A stretch of DNA of 64,000 nt. It comes from Nitrospirota bacterium (GTDB taxonomy: Bacteria > Nitrospirota > Thermodesulfovibrionia > Thermodesulfovibrionales > Dissulfurispiraceae). The stretch spans positions 1,536,001 to 1,600,000 of the forward strand of contig CAWBMP010000004.1 of assembly GCA_963790025.1 (NCBI GenBank), read 5' to 3'. Each line of letters starts with the position of its first letter. The first letter of the stretch is position 1. Position numbers and translations under genes: made by a program. Shown here one piece after another: positions 58,327-64,000 of the stretch. Below the pieces are notes generated by a model. The model made no database searches, had not been told where the DNA came from, and saw only the letters and a program-made list of their open reading frames with translations.

Positions 58327-58961
58327 TGAAATTTTATGACATATCCCTGCCGATTTCGAAGGACCTGCCTGTCTGGCCGGGCGACCCGGCAGTTTCATTA
58401 ACGCCGGCACAGTCAATTCTGAAAGGCGATCAATCCAACGTAACCAGCATACAAATGGGGGCCCACACCGGGACGCACATCGATGCACCCTATCATTTTC
58501 TAGAACATGGAGCGACCGTAGACAAAGTCCCGATCGAAACTCTCATCGGCCCATGTCTCGTAATCGGGTCTGACGCCCAAAGCCTCGTGAGGAAAGAGGA
58601 CATCAGAAAATATAATCTTGATCGCTATTCGAGGATTCTTATCAAGACAAAAAATTCTGAAATGTGGGCCGGCAATAGCAGATCGTTTAACGCCAATTAC
58701 GTGTCCCTGTCATACGATGCCGCTGAACATCTCGTCGAAATGAATACTATTCTTGTCGGAATAGACTACCTGTCAATCGAGGCTTTCCGCTCCGATAATT
58801 CCCGGGTACACAAATTATTGCTCGAAAATAGTATCGTGATTGTGGAAGGTTTGAATTTATACGGAGTCCAGCCGGGTGAGTATGAGCTCATATGCATGCC
58901 TCTGAAATTGCAAGGATGCGAAGGCGCCCCGGCACGGGTAGTATTGCGAGAGGCAGGTTAA
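58326..58961 (+). CDS. Cyclase family (kynurenine formamidase-like) protein
   Basis: Motifs WPGDP, HTGTHIDAP.H, GIDYLSIE, GAPARV. Confidence 0.9.
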   Translation: MKFYDISLPISKDLPVWPGDPAVSLTPAQSILKGDQSNVTSIQMGAHTGTHIDAPYHFLEHGATVDKVPIETLIGPCLVIGSDAQSLVRKEDIRKYNLDRYSRILIKTKNSEMWAGNSRSFNANYVSLSYDAAEHLVEMNTILVGIDYLSIEAFRSDNSRVHKLLLENSIVIVEGLNLYGVQPGEYELICMPLKLQGCEGAPARVVLREAG

Positions 58962-58975
58962 CGCTTTCCAGCCAC

Positions 58976-60349
58976 CTAATTCTTAAAGCTGTGGACAGGC
59001 GCCGGAATCCTGCCGCCGAGATTTATGAAACCTGCCGACCCTCCGTCTTCCGGAACGTTTATAATCGCAGCTTCTCCGAGCAGCCCTCCGAAGGATGCCC
59101 GGTCGCCCGCCTTCTTTCCTGGGACAGGAATCAGCCGCGCCGCCGTGGACTTATTGTTTATAACGCCAATGGCCATTTCATCCGCAATGATCCCGGCAAT
59201 CGTTTCGGCAGAAGTGCTGCCGGGGATCGCGACCATATCGAGTCCGACCGAGCAAACACTTGTCATTGCCTCCAGCTTCTCGATCGTGAGATGCCCTTTT
59301 CCCGCCGCCTCAGCGATGTTAAGGTCCTCGCTTACAGGAATGAATGCACCGCTAAGACCTCCGACATATGAACTGGCGAAGATGCCTCCTTTCTTCACCG
59401 CATCGTTCAGCATTGCCAGGACAGCGGTCGATCCCGGATTCCCAATGCTTTTAAGGCCCAGGCTCTGAAATATTTCTCCGACGCTGTCACCTACGTTGGG
59501 GGTCGGCGCAAGCGAAAGATCTGCAACACCAAACGGAACTCCAAGCTTAGCGGCAACCTGACGACCGATAAGCTCTCCGACACGTGTAACTCTGAATGCC
59601 GTATGCTTGATAGTCTCCGACAGCTTGCCCAGATCGAGGGTCGGGTCTGCGGCACGCGCCCGGTCTATCGCCTTTTTCACAACTCCCGGGCCGCTGACTC
59701 CCACATTGATCACAGCATCGGGCTCTCCCACGCCTAGATAAGCACCAGCCATGAATGGAACATCCTGCGGGATATTGGCAAAGACCACCAGCTTTGCGCA
59801 GCCTATACCGTCACGATCGGCGGTCATTTCAGAGGCGCGCTTGATTGTCCTTCCCATTAATGCAACAGCGTCCATGTTGATGCCTGCGTGGGTCGATGCC
59901 ACATTCACCGATGAGCATACCCGCTCTGTCTTTGAGAGGGCTTCGGGAATGGCCTCTATCAGCGCCAGATCGCCCCTGGTAAAACCCTTTTCAACAAGAG
60001 CGCCGAAACCGCCGATAAAATCGATCCTTAATCGGCGGGCTATGTCATCAAGTGCAGCAGCTATTTCGCACATGTCCTTTGGCGGAAAACTGCAGGCAGC
60101 GACAGCGATCGGGCTTACGGCTATCCGTTTGTTCACCACGGGAATATCGTATCTGATTCCGACCTCATCACAGACATCGACAAGATTTCCGGCAAGGCGC
60201 GTGATCTTGTTCTTTATGTTCTCAATAAAACGCCCCGGATCATGACTGGCGCAATCGAAGAGACTGATGCCCAGTGTGACGGTGCGAACATCGAGATTTT
60301 CGCTTCTCAGCATTTCAAGAGTCCTTATAATTTCACGTTCTGTCAGCAT
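58976..60349 (-). CDS. UPF0210/DUF711 (PFL-like) family protein
   Basis: ENLDVRTVTLGISL, NKRIAVSPI, GVSGPGVV, DLSLAPTP, CSVGLDM; true start at ATG 60349. Confidence 0.92.
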   Translation of the reverse strand: MLTEREIIRTLEMLRSENLDVRTVTLGISLFDCASHDPGRFIENIKNKITRLAGNLVDVCDEVGIRYDIPVVNKRIAVSPIAVAACSFPPKDMCEIAAALDDIARRLRIDFIGGFGALVEKGFTRGDLALIEAIPEALSKTERVCSSVNVASTHAGINMDAVALMGRTIKRASEMTADRDGIGCAKLVVFANIPQDVPFMAGAYLGVGEPDAVINVGVSGPGVVKKAIDRARAADPTLDLGKLSETIKHTAFRVTRVGELIGRQVAAKLGVPFGVADLSLAPTPNVGDSVGEIFQSLGLKSIGNPGSTAVLAMLNDAVKKGGIFASSYVGGLSGAFIPVSEDLNIAEAAGKGHLTIEKLEAMTSVCSVGLDMVAIPGSTSAETIAGIIADEMAIGVINNKSTAARLIPVPGKKAGDRASFGGLLGEAAIINVPEDGGSAGFINLGGRIPAPVHSFKN

Positions 60350-60353
60350 ATTT

Positions 60354-60899
60354 TTACACCCGATGGATTTGTTCGAAGATATCTCTGTGCTGGAGGCTGA
60401 TTTCCAGTCCCAACTGCCCTGCCCGCTTGTACAGGGCGGACCTGAAGGCATGCTGGTCGATCGCCACAGGGATGTCGACTTCGTAAAACATGACATAATG
60501 CCGCGGGCCGGATCTGAAAGCCGCTTTAAGATTTGTGATATTGACCTCATATTGTGCCAGTATGCCGGTGATCCCTGCCACCAGCCCCGGCTTGTCGGGC
60601 CCGAAAGTGGTGATTACAAAGGACTCGCTCAGGGGCTGTCGCATTTTATCGTCGGCCTTCATCGGGTCCACATGCACAAAAAGGCCCAGCGGCGCGAGAT
60701 GTGCCTGCAACTCGGATATTATCATATCCTTATTCTTCCCCTCGCTCATTGAAGCGACAAAGATGCCGACAAACACTGACTGGAGAATAGTCTGGCTGAC
60801 ATCTTCGAGATTGCAGCCCTGCTCGAAAAGGGTCTTCGAGACGGCAGCTATAATCCCCGGCCTGTCGGGCCCAAAAACAAAGACTACTATCTTTTCCAT
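60354..60899 (-). CDS. Tandem ACT-domain protein, usual partner of DUF711
   Basis: GPDRPGIIA and GPDKPGLVA; C-terminal QHRDIFEQIHRV. Confidence 0.9.
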   Translation of the reverse strand: MEKIVVFVFGPDRPGIIAAVSKTLFEQGCNLEDVSQTILQSVFVGIFVASMSEGKNKDMIISELQAHLAPLGLFVHVDPMKADDKMRQPLSESFVITTFGPDKPGLVAGITGILAQYEVNITNLKAAFRSGPRHYVMFYEVDIPVAIDQHAFRSALYKRAGQLGLEISLQHRDIFEQIHRV

Positions 60900-61005
60900 A
60901 TCCTCTCTCCGCGATTTCTACAAATGGGTCAGCTTATGCCTCACTTTAACCTACATAGAATATCATACTATTCCAGGTCCATGGAAACGGGGGAAGGAGA
61001 TCAGC

Positions 61006-62445
61006 TCACACAATCGGTTTGAATTGTTTCATCATAGCTGGTTTCTTATCCAATATTTCAGAGATCAGCCATATAGTGACTTCGTTCTGAAACTTTTGAA
61101 TCTTACAACCCTTTTCGTAAGGCATTTTAAGGTCGCCATTGTACTGGACATTATTCGCCGGGCACAATCCGCCACAGAGATACCTGGACCAGCAACTGAT
61201 GCACTCCTCACACTGGAACACAAAACCCCTCAACTGTTGACATAACCTGTTCTGTTTGTCAATCTTGAGACCGGTGTCGACGTCCCCTAGCTTGTATTCC
61301 TCGATGCCGACAAAGCCCATGCATGGGTAAAGATCTCCTGATCCTGAGACGCAAAGGCTATTGATTCCTGCACCGCAGGGCGTGGTTTTTGGAGTTTCAT
61401 AATACACCTTGGCTATGTTATTGCTCATCACGACATCGGTTGCATTGTCCTTTTCCAACAACTCCTTCAAATAGAAGTGTGCAAACCTCAGATATTCTTT
61501 CTTCATGTCCTCTAAATCTTCGTCAGAAATGACAAAGTTGCCGTTTCCATTAAAGAGCTTGCTTGCCTCATTTGCAAATCCGACCTCGACATCGGGAAAG
61601 CCCATGTTTTCGAGGAATTTGTAAACCTCCAGTTTTTTCAAATTTGGCGGCGCAAGAGTCGCTTTAATGGATACCCCGACTTCATTGGTGTCCATTACCC
61701 TTAAAACATTCGAAATGACAGTATTCCAGCTTCCCCTTCCATCCTGATACGGGCGATTGAAATTGTGGTTTTCTTTGGGCCCATCGAGGCTTACACCTAT
61801 ACTCAGCCTCCTGGACCTCAAAAACTCGATGATCTCATCGTTCATTACCGTCCCGTTAGTTGTGAGCTTGTAGTCAAACTTTCGAATGCCCCGGTCTTTT
61901 ATTTGATTGCAATAGTCTATGGTAGACTTTATAACCTCGAAATTCAGAAACGGTTCTCCGCCGTAAAAGTCCACCGTGATTTCGTCGTTCTCAGTTGAGT
62001 GCTGCACGAGAAAGTCAATCGCCTTTATCGCGGTCTCTTTGCTCATTTTCCCTTCACTTTTTCTGACGTATTTACCGCCGTCGTTCCAGCAGTATCTGCA
62101 ATGCAGATTGCATCCGGCGATCAAGTTCAAGGTGAAAGTTACAATCCGTGTCTTGAAGTGTATGTTTTCCGGCGGGAAGTAAGAATGTTTGGTTTTTTGA
62201 AACAGCACCCCTCTTCGTTCCAAATCCCGAATTTCTGCCATGGCGTCTTTAACCGCCACTTTCGGGTATTTACCGTGAAGCTTCTGCAGGATATCGGAAT
62301 CTGAGTTAATGTTCCACAATTCAAGGACATCTCTTGCCACGGCATCGATCCTGAAAAACTTCGCGCTCTCGACATCAAAAAGCAGCGTCGTGCCCTCAAT
62401 ATCAAAGATATGCACCTGCTTGTCTTTTAAAGTCTGCATCATCAT
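61006..62445 (-). CDS. RRE-radical SAM-SPASM peptide maturase (CteB/ranthipeptide-synthase-like)
   Basis: N-terminal VHIFDIEGTTLLFDVES (RRE-like), CNLHCRYC, FYGGEP, TTNGT, SLDGP, and SPASM CGAG...GDLYPC...CISC....LCGGLC...GC. Start at the ATG overlapping the upstream TGA. Confidence 0.92.
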   Translation of the reverse strand: MMMQTLKDKQVHIFDIEGTTLLFDVESAKFFRIDAVARDVLELWNINSDSDILQKLHGKYPKVAVKDAMAEIRDLERRGVLFQKTKHSYFPPENIHFKTRIVTFTLNLIAGCNLHCRYCWNDGGKYVRKSEGKMSKETAIKAIDFLVQHSTENDEITVDFYGGEPFLNFEVIKSTIDYCNQIKDRGIRKFDYKLTTNGTVMNDEIIEFLRSRRLSIGVSLDGPKENHNFNRPYQDGRGSWNTVISNVLRVMDTNEVGVSIKATLAPPNLKKLEVYKFLENMGFPDVEVGFANEASKLFNGNGNFVISDEDLEDMKKEYLRFAHFYLKELLEKDNATDVVMSNNIAKVYYETPKTTPCGAGINSLCVSGSGDLYPCMGFVGIEEYKLGDVDTGLKIDKQNRLCQQLRGFVFQCEECISCWSRYLCGGLCPANNVQYNGDLKMPYEKGCKIQKFQNEVTIWLISEILDKKPAMMKQFKPIV

Positions 62446-63860
62446 TGTTTCTGAAGCGAAGAGGTGCACTTCTTTATTTGAAGCGCTATGGTGCACTTAT
62501 CAAACTCGGCAGAATTCCTGCATTTGTTTGTCTTCTGCTTATCAGAAGTGCACTTATTTACCTGGATTTCAATGGTGCAATTGTCTAACTTTTCAGCAAC
62601 TGTGCACTTGTTATCTATCTGGGCATTGGAAGTGCACTTATCTACTTGTGTTGTATTGTCGCATTTATCCCATTGCGCCGCATACGTGCACTTATTGTAT
62701 TGTTCAGCTGCGCCGCATCGATTATTCTGCAGTTCAATAGTGCACTTGTTGAACTGTGCGTCTATAGTGCATTTATTGTATTGCGCCTGATTGGTGCACT
62801 TGTTTACGTTTTCTTCCGCAACACATTTATCAATTTGCGCTGCCGTAGTGCACTTATCAAGCTGGTACGCAACCGTGCATCTGTTGGTCTCGGCAGGAGT
62901 CGTGCATTCGTTCGTTCTCTGCTTATCTGATGAGCACTTGTTCACTTGTATTTCCGCTGTGCATTTGTCGATTTGAGCATCAGAAGTGCACTTATCAATC
63001 TGGTACGCAACCGTGCACCTGTCGAGCTCGGCGGCTGTCGTGCATTTCTTTGTTTTCTGGTTACCGGATGTGCACCTGTCTACTTGTGCCTCTGTTGTGC
63101 ATTTGTCGATTCGTGCCTCGACAGTGCACTTATCAAGCTGATACGCAACTGTGCAGTTGTCGACCTCGGGAGGAGACTGGCACTTGTTTGTTTTCTGGGT
63201 ATCGGAAGTGCACCTGTTTACTTGTCCCTCTATCGTGCACCTGTCAATTTGCGCTGCAACCGTGCACTTGTTGATCAGCTCATCCACGGTACATCTGTCA
63301 AATTGCGCTGCAACCGTGCACTTATTGAATTGTTCGTTCATAGTGCATCTATTGTACTGTGCCGCACCGGTGCATTTATTTATATGTGCCGGCATGGTAC
63401 ATTTGTCCAGCTGTGAATCTCTGCTGCAATTATTGAACTGATACGCAATCGTGCACCTGTCAATATCGGCAGCACTCTCGCACTTGTTTATTTTCTGGTT
63501 AGCGGAAGTGCATTTGCCTACTAGTCCCTCTACAGTGCATCTGTCAAATTGCGCTGAAATCTTGCACTTATTGAATTGTGACTCAATTGTACATCTGTCA
63601 TGTTGCGTATTTGAATTGCACTTGTTGATCTGTTCCGGTATAGTGCATTGATCACGTTGTGTATCAGTGATGCATGGCCTTTCTTGTGTCTCTAATTTGA
63701 ATTCCTGCAGATTTTCTCTCCGGGTTGCAGCAGTTATTTTCCCGTCAGTTTCAGATTCGTGACTGCCGGCGCTGTGACCTTCCGCATCAATGTTTGACAA
63801 AGGCACGATATGTTTCGATTTAGAAACAACTTTCCCTTTTTTTATTCCCTTTGTTTTCAT
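62442..63860 (-). CDS. Cys-repeat protein: 62-aa leader plus 45 Cys-led repeat units; putative giant substrate of the adjacent radical SAM enzyme
   Basis: Long clean ORF with RBS AAAGGGGGAG, a Cys every 9 or 10 residues from position 63, and an ATGA overlap with the maturase. Confidence 0.85.
   Translation of the reverse strand: MKTKGIKKGKVVSKSKHIVPLSNIDAEGHSAGSHESETDGKITAATRRENLQEFKLETQERPCITDTQRDQCTIPEQINKCNSNTQHDRCTIESQFNKCKISAQFDRCTVEGLVGKCTSANQKINKCESAADIDRCTIAYQFNNCSRDSQLDKCTMPAHINKCTGAAQYNRCTMNEQFNKCTVAAQFDRCTVDELINKCTVAAQIDRCTIEGQVNRCTSDTQKTNKCQSPPEVDNCTVAYQLDKCTVEARIDKCTTEAQVDRCTSGNQKTKKCTTAAELDRCTVAYQIDKCTSDAQIDKCTAEIQVNKCSSDKQRTNECTTPAETNRCTVAYQLDKCTTAAQIDKCVAEENVNKCTNQAQYNKCTIDAQFNKCTIELQNNRCGAAEQYNKCTYAAQWDKCDNTTQVDKCTSNAQIDNKCTVAEKLDNCTIEIQVNKCTSDKQKTNKCRNSAEFDKCTIALQIKKCTSSLQKQ
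62445..63674 (-). repeat. Coding tandem repeat with a 27/30-bp period
   Basis: GTGCAC/GTGCAT motif (Lys/Arg-Cys-Thr codons) recurs every 27 or 30 bp; units diverge, including at synonymous positions. Confidence 0.9.
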
Positions 63861-64000
63861 GATGTGCTCCCCCTTTCATATAGTTACAGTCGAACGGAAA
63901 CCAGTCTATACAGCAATGTCGGCTAAACATATCGCGCGCCTTACTGCGGGTTCGCTGCTCATATCACGGTCCAGAGATGTATCAGTTTTCACGCAAAAAA

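Noticed and set aside
62427..62444. TGA-TGA-TGC at the end of the Cys-repeat gene, in register with a 10-aa unit (possible Sec readthrough)
   Set aside because: Explained by the overlapping ATG-ATG-ATG start of the maturase; there is no G-loop SECIS-like hairpin downstream, and readthrough would add only a few residues.
62309..63651. Plus-strand ORFs with VHL or CTC repeats
   Set aside because: Antisense shadows of the Cys-repeat gene; they are fragmented and lack an RBS.
62445..63674. Regular GTGCAC-containing periodicity resembling a CRISPR array
   Set aside because: The period is 27/30 bp and always in frame, there is no invariant repeat with unique spacers, no cas genes are present, and it is fully explained by the coding repeat.

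Overview
A 64 kb chromosomal window, most likely from an anaerobic Nitrospirota (Thermodesulfovibrionia-like) bacterium, judged from my reading of the 16S sequence and the gene content. It is probably origin-proximal, since it holds two parS sites and mnmG-rsmG. Most of it is housekeeping: tRNA-Phe, speD, pgk, gap, nrdR, glyA, rpiB, selA, nfi, rpoD, bioA, pckG, trpS and ubiX. It also contains a Wood-Ljungdahl methyl-branch cluster (cooC, 5-formyl-THF cyclo-ligase, folE, folD, hdrCBA, mvhD, metVF) whose mvhD has an in-frame UGA plus a SECIS-like hairpin, so it is a probable selenoprotein missed by the ORF track. The rRNA operon has no spacer tRNA and no linked 5S gene, and its 23S carries a ~105-nt hexamer-repeat hairpin insertion. 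A nine-gene ulosonic-acid-like sugar operon and a PAP2-ArnT envelope-modification operon are also present. The standout feature is at the right end: a 472-aa protein made of a 62-aa leader and 45 tandem Cys-led 9/10-residue units (consensus C-T-x-x-x-Q-hydrophobic-D/N-K/R), translationally coupled to a CteB-like RRE-radical SAM-SPASM enzyme. This is a candidate giant, multiply thioether-cross-linked RiPP or protein system. All calls come from reading motifs by eye; no database searches were run.
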